This document shows, piece after piece, positions 40,390 to 53,662 of a stretch of 64,000 nt of DNA. The stretch covers positions 30,194,001 through 30,258,000 of the forward strand of contig OZ024753.1 in assembly GCA_964016885.1 (NCBI GenBank), written 5' to 3'. Below the pieces are notes generated by a model. That model was not told where the DNA came from. It saw only the letters and a program-made list of their open reading frames with translations, and made no database searches. The translations under genes and the position numbers were made by a program. This stretch comes from Eledone cirrhosa (taxonomy: Eukaryota). Every line of letters starts with the position of its first letter. The stretch's first letter is position 1.

Positions 40390-41192
40390 CACATATAGAT
40401 AATGGGAAACAAACACACACATGCACAAGCACACACATACATACACAGAAATTCCCACACACATACACATCATGGGAAACACACACATACATGCATGTGA
40501 GCACACACACACACACAGACAAAAAATGACAACAAACATAGAAATACACACACATACACATATACAAGAAACGCACATATATATACATAATGAGAAACAC
40601 ACACACATACACATGAGAAACATACACACATATACAAGAAACACACATATACACATATACAAGAAACACACATATATATACATAATGAGAAACACACACA
40701 CATACACATGAGAAGCATATACACATATACAAGAAACACACATATACACATATACAAGAAACACACATATATATACATAATGAAAAACACACACACATAC
40801 ACATGAGAAACATACACACATATACAAGAAACACACATATACACATATACAAGAAACACACATATACACATATACAAGAAACACACATATATATACATAA
40901 TGAGAAACACACACACATACACATGAGAAACATACACACATATACAAGAAACACACATATATATACATAATGAGAAACACACGCACATACACATGAGAAG
41001 CATATACACTTGCACATGGGAAACACACATACATTCACATAACAAAAAAAACACACACATAAATAATGAGAAACATACACACACATATATATACATAATG
41101 AGAAATACACACACACCCACACACATATAATGAGAAATACACACACACACACATAATGAGAAATACACATATAATGAGAAACACACACACAC
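40390..41192. repeat. CA/TA-rich compound minisatellite
   Basis: Recurring CATATACAAGAAACACAC and CATAATGAGAAACACAC units. Confidence 0.9.
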
Positions 41193-41394
41193 AACTTCTG
41201 TATTGACTTTATTTGATGAGAAGAAAGAGGTGTGTGCTGTGATGACACATGGTTAGTCATAAATATATTGCACAATGTCCCCTTTACCTGGTTGTATTTT
41301 ACAGGAAGGTGTTCAACTGTATACAGCAATGAACAGCGATGACGGAAATACCTTGTTTTGTCTTAAAACCCCTGCTATAAACATTGAAATCAAA

Positions 41395-42318
41395 AACAAC
41401 AGCAACAGCAGTAACAACAATAATGATAGCAGCAACAGCAGCAGCAACAGCAGCAGCAACAGCAGCAGCAACAGCAGCAGCAGCAACAGCAACAGCAATA
41501 CAGCAGCAACAGCAATATAACAGCAACAGCAATATAACAGCAACAGCAATATAGCAGCAACAGCAATACAGCAGCAACAGCAATACAGCAGCGACAGCAA
41601 TACAGCAGCAACAGCAATACAGCAGCAACAGCAATATAACAGCAACAGCAATATAGCAGCAGCAACAGCAATATAACAGCAACAGCAATATAACAGCAAC
41701 AGCAATACAGCAACAGCAGCAGCAACAGCAACAGCAATACAGCAGCAACAGCAATACAGCAGCAACAGCAATATAACAGCAACATAACAGCAACAGCAAT
41801 ACAGCAGCAACAGCAATACAGCAGCAACAGCAATATAACAGCAACAGCAATACAGCAGCAGTAGCAATATAACAGCAACAGCAATACAGCAGCAACAGCA
41901 ATACAGCAGCAACAGCAATACAGCAGCAACAGCAATATAACAGCAACAGCAATACAGCAGCAACAGCAATACAGCAGCAGTAGCAATATAACAGCAACAG
42001 CAATATAGCAGCAACAGCAATATAACAGCAACAGCAATACAGCAACAACAGCAATATAACAGCAACAGCAGCAGCAACAGCAACAGCAATACAGCAGCAA
42101 CAGCAATATAACAGCAACAGCAATACAGCAGCAACAGCAATACAGCAGCAGTAGCAATATAACAGCAACAGCAATATAGCAGCAACAGCAATATAACAGC
42201 AACAGCAATACAGCAACAGCAACAGCAACAGCAATACAGCAGCAACAGCAATATAACAGCAACAGCAATACAGCAGCAACAGCAATATAGCAGCAGTAGC
42301 AGCAACAAGAACTACAAA

Positions 42319-42374
<56 letters not shown>

Positions 42375-42540
42375 CAACAACAGTAGCAGCAAAAGCAACA
42401 ATAACAGCAAGGATAACAGCAGCAACAACAAAAACAGCAGCAGCAGTAGCAGTAGCAATAGCAACCACACAAGAACAACAATAACAGCAGTAGCAACAAC
42501 AATGACAACAGCAGCAGCAGCAGTAGCAACAACAACAACT
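41395..42540. repeat. (CAG/CAA)-based compound repeat with AATA interruptions
   Basis: Directly visible. The interruptions shift the frame, so this is not a polyQ exon. Confidence 0.92.
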
Positions 42541-42835
42541 AAACATAATTTATTACCATTTAACCCTTTTGTTACCATATTTCTATGGTTTCCAATTAAT
42601 TTTGAAAATACTCCAAAATTTGGAGGGATTTAATAAAACAATTAACTTTATTATTAATAACTCTTTTGATACCAACTCAGCCAAAAGCAGCTTTAGTTAT
42701 TCTATTCTGTCTGCTAGGGTTGCGGGGAAGTCAACGTGTGGGACCCCGTTTGCTCATAATAGTGAGAGATGGAGAGAGCGGGAGAGACAAAGGCAGTGAC
42801 AGTGGGAGTTTGGTTCGTTTGTGTTTGGACCTGGT

Positions 42836-42836
42836 G

Positions 42837-42873
<37 letters not shown>

Positions 42874-43143
42874 TTTACGTCCGCTTTTCCCTGCTTGCAA
42901 GGGTGGGACGGGAACTGATTCTGGCTTGATTTCTACAGCTGGATGCCCTTCCTAACACCAACCTCATTTACAGTGAGTGCTGGGTGCTTTTTTGCCGTGG
43001 CACCTCCACGACCACTTTGCAGTGGAATGATAGGGACCCCAGTCCCTATCATCTCATTTCTACAGCTGAGTAAACTGGTCTGAGAATTGAACTCACAACC
43101 TTTCGATTGCAAGGCCAATGCTCTAACCACTAAGCCATGTGCC
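42836..43143 (-). mobile_element. tRNA-derived SINE family 3 ((ATG)n tail), unexpanded copy
   Basis: Head GGCACATGGCTTAGTGGTTAGAGC...GAGTTCAATTCTC, conserved AGGAAGGGCATCCAGC block and ATG-repeat tail. Contains a single 49-bp unit at 42967-43015. Confidence 0.75.
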
Positions 43144-43767
43144 TATATATATGTATATATATATATATTTATTTACTGCACCACATGTTACTAACTACCA
43201 GCCACCTTACCATTTATTGTATTAACTAAGTCTAGAGAACGAATGAATCTAAAATTAAATTTCAATATAAAATACAAAACTAATATACCATGCTAGCGTG
43301 GAAGATAGACATTAAACAATGCTGATGATGATGATGATGAAAGCAAATGGTTCTATGAAACATAGCCACCCATTTTCAAAGGTTCCTATTCAAATTAAAA
43401 TCTTCTGACATGATTTTATATAAGAACATTTTGTTACAAATACTGTCTTAATAATGCTTTCTGATTTTGGTACACGGCCAAAAGTTTTGAGGGAGAGGAA
43501 AGTTGATTAGATTGAAATACCATCTTAACACTTTCATGATTGCATTTCTAATGAAATACACTCTATTTTAATTAATTAATGAAAGTTTTGAGGGATTTAC
43601 TAAAATTATTAATTATTTCATTAGTAAGATAGTAACTTGATGTAAGGTTCTTAGATAAAATTATGTTGGAAGATTTTTAATCTAAATTAGAAACCCTTAA
43701 AATGGGTGGTTTTATTTCATAGAACCAGAGCTGGTTTTGGTTAGGTTGGTAACTAAATGGTTAATAA

Positions 43768-43956
43768 TTGTTTCTACTTTTGGCACAAGGCCAGCAATTA
43801 TCCCAGTGCATTACTGGTACTTTATTTTATCGACCCCGTAAGGATGAAAGGCAAAGTTAACCTAGGCGGGATTTGAACTCAGAATGGCAAGGGCCGTAAC
43901 TCTATGCATCAAAGCATGGCGTCCAACCCTCTACCGATACTGCCAATTCACCGCCC
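43768..43956 (-). mobile_element. SINE family 1, full-length
   Basis: Consensus match. Further copies lie at ~23778-24043, 26627-26828, 30029-30238, 40218-40387, 45468-45651, 45671-45853 and 47577-47646. Confidence 0.9.
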
Positions 43957-44259
43957 TCAACTAAATGGTTACTAAATGGTTAATAATGAAATTATTAATT
44001 GTTTAAGTAAATCTCACCAAATTCTTCATTCTTTCTGAGCCAGAGATAGTATCAGCAATTAGAAAGACCAATGGAAACATTGTTTCCTTGGTCCAATCTG
44101 ATGAGTTCCAGTTCACTTGGTAAGCGACTGAGGTCTGGGATCTTGTTGATTGTTAGTTTCAGATACCGTGCAGCATCTATTCTGGCTATTTATATTCTGA
44201 GTTCAACATTTGCCACCTTACTGGAGTCCCATAAGGTTAACCTTCTGGGCGCTCTAGGT

Positions 44260-44734
44260 CAGCATTTGCCAACCAGTTGTCCATGGACTACTGGTGGCCC
44301 GAGAGAATATTTTGGTGGTCTGCAGAAAAATTTGGACATTATTTGCAATTTGTATGCTTTATTAATAATAAAACAAAAACAATATTTGGTTAAAATATAA
44401 TTTATAACAACCCTAAAAAATGTTTCTCCTCATTAAAAAACTAACATCTATGAAAGAATTTTACACATATGTATCATCTATTGACAATATGACACAGGTA
44501 CACTTCAGTATCGTTTAATAAAATGGAAGTTCTCTGATCATTATTTTACACATATGTATCATCTATTGACAATATGACACAGGTACACTTCAGTATCGTT
44601 TAATAAAATGGAAGTTCTCTGATCATTATTTTACAAATGTATTTATCTTTTGAAAAAAATTTATATTAGTGGTCCAGGGGATTTAAAATCATGAATTTAG
44701 TGGTCCGTGAGGTCTGACATGTTGGTGACCATTG
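44260..44734. mobile_element. hAT-like MITE with an 8-bp TSD, nested in a piggyBac-like MITE (44241-44939)
   Basis: TSD CTCTAGGT at 44252-44259 and 44735-44742; degenerate TIRs CAGCATTTGCCAAC / GTTGGTGACCATTG; internal 85-bp tandem duplication. Confidence 0.75.
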
Positions 44735-45194
44735 CTCTAGGTGACATTATGTCACTGATAGAGTGACATAATTGTTTCTACTTTTGGCACAAGGCCAGCA
44801 ATTACCCAGTAATGTACTGGATAATTGCTGGCCTTGTGCCAAAAGTAGAAACAATTATGTCACTGATAGAGTAATCTCCCCTTAATACACAATGCAGTGT
44901 CAAGGGAAGCAAGTCATAAAATATTCAGCGTGCTAAAGGTTAATGCAAAGGGCTGACATTGTTCAAAGTAAAAGATATAGACGAATGACTACCTCTGAAA
45001 TTCCAATGGATACATAAAAACTAATGAGTGAGTGACATCTGACGCTATATTGTGGGGCATGCCTAGCTTTTCATGTTGGCATGTGTTGGACAGGGATGTG
45101 AGTGCATGGGGGAGTATATTGCATGTGAATGTTGGGTGTGTGTGTCCATGCTGGCATGGTTTAGTCGATGAAATATATATATCTATCTATCTAA

Positions 45195-45390
45195 GGCGGG
45201 TAAAATTCCCGAGATCCATGGACGAGTTCTCTCCAGTGGTCTCTGTCCCTCATTATCGCTGCCATGTCCTGCATCTCCAACAGACCAGTGTCTGTCCTTA
45301 GGGCATCAACATACGTTAACCTTGGTCTTCCTCTTCTAGTGTGTCCATGTAGGGGCTCCCAAAGGAGCACTGAGTGCAATGTCAACTCTG
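45195..45390 (-). mobile_element. RTE-like LINE 3' end
   Basis: VLLWEPLHGHTRRGRPRLTYVDALRTDTG...MRDRDHWRELV C-terminal signature. Confidence 0.75.
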
Positions 45391-45894
45391 GATGTATATA
45401 TATATAATAATTGTCAATATATATATAATAATTGTCAACTCTGGATATATATATATATATAATAATTGTTTCTACTTTTGGCACAAGGCCAGCAATTACC
45501 CAGTACATTACTGGTACTTTATCTTATTGACCCCGTATGGATGAAAGGCAGAGTTAACCTCGGCGGGATTTGAACTCAGAATGGCAAGGGCCGTAACTCT
45601 ATGGGTCAAAGCATGGCGTCCGACCCTCTACCGATACTGCTAATCCACCGTCTTATATATATAATAATAATTGTTTCTACTTTAGGCACAAGGCCAGCAA
45701 TTATCCAAGTGTATTACTGGTACTTTATTTTATCGACCCCGTAAGGATGAAAGGCAAAGTTAACCTCGGCAGGATTTGAACTCAGACCGTAAAGGGCCGT
45801 ACCTCTATGCTACAAAGCATGGCGTCCGACCCTCTACCGATACTGCCAATCCACTAGTAATAAACGAAAGATATACACTTTATATCATCTATTT

Positions 45895-45960
45895 ATTTCA
45901 TTATATATATTTCGAAGATGCAAAGTTTAATAAGCAAAACATGTTCTCCTCAGACAAAAA
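45895..45960 (-). ncRNA. Minimal type I hammerhead ribozyme-like motif (same family as 2188-2251)
   Basis: Minus strand reads TTTTTGT-CTGAGGA-GAACATG...CATCTTC-GAAA-TATATATA-ATGAAAT, with a canonical G-C pair closing stem II. Confidence 0.65.
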
Positions 45961-46122
45961 TGTATAATTTTTTCCTGATATGCTGGTAGACAAACAAACT
46001 GGACAGGCATATATATATATACATTGAGTTACATTGAGTTCTTCATACGGTTTAGACCCTACCATTGATTGGCAGATTTATCTGTGTATATATATGTGTA
46101 TATATATATATGTGTGTATGTG

Positions 46123-46167
<45 letters not shown>

Positions 46168-46607
46168 GTAAGTGTGCGAGTGAAATTTCAGAGTAACAAG
46201 GCTCACCATTTAGTCATTATATATATTTACAGATAGATATATATGTATATATATATATTGATGATGATGTTGATGATATATATATTAGCTAAAATGTATA
46301 ATGATTTCTTTGTTAGCTACACAGGGCAGGCTTACACCAAGAAAGTATTATATATATATATATATATATATATATTACCAGTATCATTATCATCTTCATT
46401 ATTTGAATTTTTTAAAGAAATGTTTGTATAATTAGTCTAATTAGATTATCTCTAGTTAATTAATTAATCAAATTCATTTCGTTTCATGATTTCACATAAT
46501 AAATAGATAATAATGATAACATAAAAAAACAACAACAACTTTTTAACCTGATAAATTATTTTTAACCTGATAAATTATTGTTCAATAATGCTGGACGTAT
46601 TGACTTG

Positions 46608-46647
46608 TCCGGTTAAGTTATTAACATAACCGGAACGGAAGTGACGT
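46608..46647. promoter_or_regulatory. Candidate proximal promoter: tandem ETS sites and an ETS-CRE composite motif
   Basis: CCGGAACGGAAGTGACGT at 46630-46647, in repeat-free and locally CpG-richer DNA. A strong donor CAAG|GTGAGT follows at 46901/46902. Confidence 0.55.
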
Positions 46648-46649
46648 TT

Positions 46650-46901
46650 GTATAACTGCAGATGACTCAAATGTCTGAGATAGCAGCCGAGTTCTTGTGC
46701 TGTCTGTCGATACAAGCAAATCTTGTCTCGACTTTTTAACAATTATTATTTTATAACTATCTGTGATATTTTACTATATTTATCTCTCTCCGTAAACTAA
46801 TTTTCTATGTTAGAACTACTATAATTCAATAGCTTTGTTGTCTCGGATGGATTTACCTTATATATATATACATAGTATGATTTAAACTCTCTCAATGCAA
46901 G
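46650..46901 (+). other. Putative first exon (mostly 5' UTR) of an unidentified plus-strand gene
   Basis: Lies between the promoter motif and a consensus donor, with ATGCAAG immediately before the donor. The start is approximate and no downstream exon was identified. Confidence 0.4.
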
Positions 46902-47413
46902 GTGAGTAATTTAAATATTTCTTCATTCATTCTCTTATTATCTTGATTGAAATCGTTCAAATGCGAATTTACCCCCTAAAAACCCCGTCTTTATATAAAC
47001 GTGTCTTTTTTGTGTTGTGTCTATGTATTCTGTCTTGCGTACAACTTTAATTTACAAGAAGTAATTAAGGTGATTAGAGGATTTCTTCACAGAAGTGGTG
47101 GTAGTTAACGGTATAGAAGTCGTTAATAATAAAGAGAGAGGAAGGGAGAGAGAGAAAATAGTTTTATGTTCAACAGGAGATTCACAAAATAAAAGTGCCA
47201 AAATACTGCATGCGTTTCGTGACGGCTTGTATTATGTGTATTATATAATCTTTTATTAGCTGAAAATACTATAGTATTTACTCAGAGGGTCTAGAGTTTC
47301 GTGCCAAAACATCCATTATATATATATGAAGGTGTGTATATACTTATATAGAAATGTACATACATACTTCTTATACATACACGCACGCACACACACACAT
47401 ATATATATACTCC

Positions 47414-47488
47414 CAGGGTGTCCTAAAAAATGTATACAAACTTCAATATCATTCTAATAAAAGTGTATACATTTTTTGGGACACCCTG
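47414..47488. mobile_element. 75-bp Tc1/mariner-type MITE
   Basis: TIRs CAGGGTGTCCTAAAAAATGTATACA / TGTATACATTTTTTGGGACACCCTG. A partial relative lies at ~1953-1996. Confidence 0.7.
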
Positions 47489-47966
47489 AGTGTGTGTGTG
47501 TGTATATATACTCATTGAAATGTACATTTATATATGTACATGTACATACACGCATTATATAATATGGGACTATTTTACGGGGTCGATAAAATAAAGTACC
47601 AGTAATGCACTGGATAATTGCTGGCCTTGTGCCTAAAGTAGAAACAATTATATAATATGGGACTGACCGTCAATCTATGTGTACTAAAGGACTGTTACAC
47701 TTTTCCCTAGTTCTATAGTGATGTACAATATTTATTTTAATAGAATACATACAAATAAACATACACACACACGTTAAATTTATCGAACCCCAGTCCGGGC
47801 TTTTCTATAAATTTACCTGGAGGACCCTCGGAGTTACAAATAAGCACCTCTCTGCCTTTTATAGAAAAGCACCCGATGGGGTTCGGTGAGAATAAAGAAT
47901 GAAAAAGTGAGAGAAACCACACACACACAGACAATCACGCACCACAAGGGGCGCTAGAGCTACCCT

Positions 47967-48335
47967 CTAATAATGTTTTAAGCAAGCCAACACACTCGCA
48001 GCATTGGCACAGGTGATAGCGAGGCTAAGATGCTGGAATAACTAAGCACCATCGCGAACATCACCTGATATGCTGGTAAGGCGAGCCGCCAACGATGGCA
48101 AGAACTTCGTTGTCAGCGGCTCAGCTCCCCTAAACCTCTCGAATGATACAGATAATTTCTGGTATTTTAGAATTATATTCCGTTCGGCTTCGGATGCAGT
48201 GACATTCATCGCAGCATCCAGGATGTGTTAAAGGACAATTTTTGCTAACTGTGGCGTCCCTTTTATCCAGGGGCAAATGGTAAAACCATTTGGCCTCTTC
48301 TTATCAACCCTAGACAATCTGGCTTCAGAATTGAG
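47967..48335 (-). mobile_element. Degenerate CRE-clade non-LTR retrotransposon, restriction-like endonuclease 3' end
   Basis: Manual translation RLSRVDKKRPNGFTICPWIKG...EAERNIILKY...RLTSISGDVRDGA*LFQHLSLAITCANAASVL matches the RxDGKRPDG.T..PW..G ... LFQRLSxAxxRGNAxS pattern. Contains in-frame stops. Confidence 0.72.
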
Positions 48336-50437
48336 GGGGAAGAGGAAACAAATTTGTTGATTACTTCAGGGTTGGAACTCTGCAAAATCAAATCTGTTAT
48401 TTCTCTATTTCCTAGTAACATTAACATGATAAACATATCGTAAAACTAATACAATTTCTTCTTTCTATATACTGCAAAAATGCCGGCCTTTTACTGATAG
48501 GTTTCAGTTTTAAAGGCCTACACGCGCGCATACCTTCTCATATTCCAACTGTTGAAAGCTATTTTGAATTTTCCCACCTGTGCATCAACACTTAATGCAG
48601 ACTGCTTATTCATAAGCTGTCCGTTATTTTGTGCATGGATACAACAGATTTCTTCCAAGGAAAGATAGAAAATGTGAAGAATCGACCCAGTACTATATTG
48701 GAACTTTTTTTTATTTTTTTTTTTATCTCCCTCGAATGGATGAAAGACGAAATATGAACTCAGAAAGTAGATGACCGAAACGAATACGGCAAAATTATAA
48801 TCAGAGAAGTTAAACGTCTCTTATTGGTATCTATAATCAATATATAAAAACAAATTATATATATATATAAAAAGAATAAAATAAAATATCGACAATTTCC
48901 CCCAGATGTTTTGTTTGCTTTAAAATTTATTAGTTTGCGGTGAATTATGTAACTTGAAATGATATATCAGAGTAACCGTTATAACCAACATTCTACACGG
49001 TGGCTGTTGTTGTTTATATGACCACTTGTTAATCCTCATGGTTCAGGACTATAATCTAAAGCATTTTACCCATCACCATGCTCTATTTTCTTAGGAGTAT
49101 GTAGAACCGTAGTATCTAACCTGCTCTATCTTTATATAAGCTTGTATGGCGCGGTTTAATGAGAATTTAGCTATTTCTTGCATGTCTAGCATGCACAATT
49201 TAGTGCAGGCTTCCTTCGTATTCCTCTTCATTCCTGTTTCCATTGGAATATTTTTCGCTCATTCATACATCTATTAGAACATTTATCGGCATGTCCGATT
49301 TTACAATATAAACTTGCTCCGTCATTCTTCATTAAATTGACTATCTACATGTATATTTAAATAATTCTCGTTTGGAAAGGGTGTGAATTTCGGTAAAAAT
49401 TCTTCGACGAAATGATCGAACAGGATATATAATATTGAAGTTGTCTTAGTATCAATTGCCTGTCTAGAACACTTTCATATTCCAGTTCTGTTCTGTATAT
49501 CACTAAAAAAAAAGACGTGATGGTCATGACAGGAATGCTTTTGATCATAAATCTGCTCGAACAAACCACAAATCAATTAGTTCTAGAATATTAGAAAGTT
49601 TCTATATTTACAAAAGCATTTATTTTATATATCAAACGAATACTTTGTTTTATTTACTTTCACTATGTCTGCTATTTTATATACCTAAAGCGAAACATCA
49701 ATTTGATTGATTTCCATTTGTAAAATAAAATTAAAAACATGTCATTTGTGCTTTGTATCGATTACACCTCGAGATTTTGAATATCTATATTGAATATATT
49801 GCTATATTTGACAAAACAACATATCGGGCACGAGCGTCAGTAATTTCTTTTTTTTTAGCAGACGTCCTTTACTATATGGTGAGAAAGTGAAAGTTTATTT
49901 CGCTGATATTATCTGAACAGACATTTCCTATTGTATAAGAGCGATAGATTACATAATTTGCAGTATTTTAGTTTCATTTTGAGTTAAAATCACACCGGTG
50001 TCGACGTTTCCTTTCATCTCTACATATCGATAAACTAAACACGTGTAATATAAACGTGTCACCTTGGGCTACTGTAAGAGAGCAGTAATGTATCTTGTGC
50101 TGATATTCGTTTCGTTGTGTTTGTATACAATGGCAATTGAATTATAAACGAACATAACACATCTAGTTTTCACTATCAGACAATAAAACAAACATGAACA
50201 ACCTTACGACAAATTCTACTTTATTCCAAATCTCTGTGGAATCATCTTTGCAATAAATAATTTAAACAATACTTTCATTACTGTATAGTTCCGTTTATTA
50301 ATGCTTTCATTTTAGTGAATTTTTCGCTAAGTTACACGGACCAGTATTGCGTGGAAGTTCTTTCATGTGCTTAATTAGATATATAATTAAATTATCGAAA
50401 TGTCTTCGGTGTTTGCAGTTCCTCTGAGTTGATAATT

Positions 50438-50698
50438 CAGACCCGTCAACCCTCCCCGTCCGACGGGGGAGATCTCTCACCCTCTTTGTGGTAGATGAGA
50501 GATGTCTTCTCTTGCAAAAATGGGTATAGATTTCATTATGTCGATAAAATAAAGTACCAGTAATGCACTGGATAATTGTTGGCCTTGTGCCAAAAGTAGA
50601 AACAATTATGTAAAATCTCCCCATTTTGTCTCATTTCTTCCCGTTTTGGGGTATTTTGTTTCCATCTCCGTTTGGGTTTTTAGAGGTTGACAGGTCTG
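50438..50698 (-). mobile_element. MITE with CAGACCTG-type TIRs, containing a short SINE family 1 3' end (~50540-50605)
   Basis: Matches the family; SINE TSD ATTATGT. Confidence 0.8.
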
Positions 50699-51486
50699 TA
50701 ATTAAATATGAATTATGGCTTCGTGTTAATATGTTAGTGTTATGAAACAAATAAATTAACATTATTTTGTTTGACCTTAATGATACTACAAACTAGATAC
50801 TTAATGATACTACATCTTGAAGACTGAAATTAGATATAAACAACAAACCTATTTGCTATAAGTTATCTCATTCACTCACTGCCTAGTAGTCGTGCTATGT
50901 CTCATGTGAGTTGTTTGAATTATGATCTATAAAAATATTAACATTTATTTATATTTTATCGACCATAGCTTGTTGCTGCACAGAAATATCAGTAGCCATT
51001 TTGCACGTGTAGTGTTTGTTTCGTTCTGTTTTCTCTGCACAACCTGTTTTTTTTTTAAAAAAAACTCATTAAGCCATCTCTAATGAGGTACTTAACATTG
51101 ATTTTTTTTTTAACTGACCACTCTTATATTTTCAGAACACGTGCTGTGTACCACCTACTATCTAACATCATTTACATACCATTCACATCATTTAGAGGAC
51201 AACACCAACCAACTCTCCCTGTTGTAGCCTCCTGTAACTGAAGGAGTGTGCATGTCCTTTCTTTTTCTTTCTGACTCATTTTTATTGTCACTGTTAGTTT
51301 TTTTTGTTCGATGTATGTATTTTACACTAAGAAACCAGGACAATGCCTCCCACAATGCAGTGGAGTGGAAGATAGATACATACCAGTACTTGATCGACTG
51401 TCAAGACTTATGGTGTTCTTGGTTTCCGGACTGCTGATTTCTTCCGTAAAATCGGGAGGAGGCATCCCACCCGAAGAAACTCTAAG

Positions 51487-51767
51487 TCTAAAGTCTGTCT
51501 TAAGCCAGAGGCTTCTCAGGCCAGTGCTTATCCTGGTTTCATGGCATGAAGCAACTGAGAGTACAGGACTCTCCCCTGGACAGGATGCTAGTCCATTGCA
51601 GGGTTAAACTCCCAGCTATTGCTAGTACTCATTTTCAGCTGAGTATACTGGAGCAACATGAAATGAAATGTTTTGCTCAAGAACACAACACGCAACCCAG
51701 CCCAGGAGTCAAACCCACGACATTATGATTGTAAGTCCAACGCCCTTACCACTAGGCCATGTGGCCT
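51487..51767 (-). mobile_element. tRNA-derived SINE family 2 (CORE-like and V-like domains)
   Basis: Minus strand has the tRNA head TGGCCTAGTGGTAAGG...GGGTTTGACTCC, CORE-like GTGTTCTTGAGCAAAACA and V-like ACCCTGCAATGGACTAGCATCCTGTCCAGGGG. Confidence 0.8.
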
Positions 51768-53383
51768 AAGGTAGACTGGATGGGTGTAGAGTCTGTCACT
51801 CATTCCTCCTACACTTTACTTTTGCTATTTTTCTCTACTCCAAAATTGCAACAAGTTTTTCGTATACACAGTACTATACTGTATGTGGAATGTTCACCCA
51901 CGCTCATGTCTGCTGTCTGAAACTGAATTGTTTCAAATATATTCCTTAAGAATATATATCAACTCTTTTAGAGTACTTGTTACCTGTCCTGGTACTTGTT
52001 AGTTAGGAACTTACTAATGAGGCTAATGTGTAAACTGCTTTATATTCCAAAGCTATTTGTTTCATGAAACACCCTTTCATGTTGAGATACAGTTTTGGTG
52101 TGTCTTTATAGCTTGGCAGACCTGTCTCCTGGCTTCAGAATGTTTTTGGGGAAATCTGAGGGTGTATCTTTGAAAAGCGGGGGGAGGTGGCAAGGCCTTT
52201 GAGAGGGGATCCAGCCGGTACTTTGTTCTGGGGCCCAAGAGCTACAAAGACCTCATAGAAACCATGCAACATCCATTTTGAGAAAAATGTTTCCCTGCTT
52301 CGGGCTCCAAAGGGGTCTTGTACCACATTGCAAAATTTCTTGGAGGCCCTGGGAGTGAGCAATGCCATCCAGTGGCCACCACACGTTTGGTGATGGGTCC
52401 ATAGCTTGGTGAAAATGGCTTCAAATATGAAAGGGACTAAGCTGAGGTGTAAAATATAGGTATATTAAGTCTACCTAGATGACTTTTGGAAGGGTTACCA
52501 GCTGTCCTGTTGTACTTTGATAAACCTACTTAATACATGAAATAATAGTTATTGGAGGTAGGTTGAGGTACATGTAATAATCTTTGGACATAACTGTTGA
52601 GTTCACTTCATATTAACCATGCTTTTTACATTGGTGGGTTAACTTTACAATGGACTGGCGTTCTTTAACCTAACATGCAGAGGCATAACTAGGGAAAATA
52701 GCGCTTATGGCAAGCAGTGAAATTGCGTCCCTGCCCAGCACTGTATTTTTACCTATGGGCCTAATAATTTATATAAATGGTTTAATGACCCAGCCACCAT
52801 AGTGTTCTCACATGATAATCAGAGATAGATCATATATCTGAAGAAATTTCTTGTTTTACTCTCCGACGAGGCTTATTTGACTTTGATGGAATGTGCTCCT
52901 AGTCCAAGTGGTACCTATGACACATGCCATGCTTGCCATAACCTAGTTACGCCTCTGATAACATGTATATATATATATATATATATATACACATACACAT
53001 ATGCGATGTATAGAGGTATGTTCTGTAACTGGAATTAAACCCCTGAATCTATATATCCTGCAGAGTTTCACTAATCTTTTCTATTATAGCAGGGATAAGC
53101 AGTGGCTGTTGAAACACCTAAACTAAACTGTTTGAAACATGCTTTACAGAAGAAAACTATTATAATATATATATATAAAGGTATGAGGCTTAATGGTTCG
53201 GGTATTGGACACATCATCATAAGATCATGGATTTGACTTTTGGATCAGGCAGTATATGTTCTTGAGCAAGATGTTTAATTTCATGTTGCTTTTCTTAATT
53301 AGACTGGGGTTCCTAGCAACACCCAAGAAACCTGCTAAACCTGCTTAGGTAAATAATTTTTTCTCCTTTTTCTAATGGTATTA

Positions 53384-53662
53384 GTCTAAAGTCTGTCATA
53401 AGCCAGAAGGCCCATTTAGCCGGTGCTTATCCCGGTTTCATGGCATGAAGCGACTGAGAGTACAAGACTTCCCTCTGGACAGGATGCCAGTCCATTGCAG
53501 GGTTAAATCCCCAGCTATTGTTGGTACTCATTTTCAGCTGAGTATACTGGAGCAACATGAAATGAAGTGTTTTGCTCAAGAACACAACATACAACCCAGG
53601 AATCGAACCCACGACATTATGATTGTAAGTCCAACACCCTTACCACTGGGCCATGTGCCTCC
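53384..53662 (-). mobile_element. SINE family 2, second copy
   Basis: Aligns along its length with 51487-51767. Confidence 0.8.

Noticed and set aside
41275-42578. PolyQ/polyS protein region
   Set aside because: AATA/AATATA interruptions shift frames and add stops on the plus strand. The minus-strand ORFs are low-complexity artefacts.
44044-44119. Plus-strand exon-like segment (IVSAIRKTNGNIVSLVQSDEFQFT, donor GTAAGC)
   Set aside because: It overlaps an equally plausible minus-strand exon and has no partner exons, so it cannot be resolved without transcripts.
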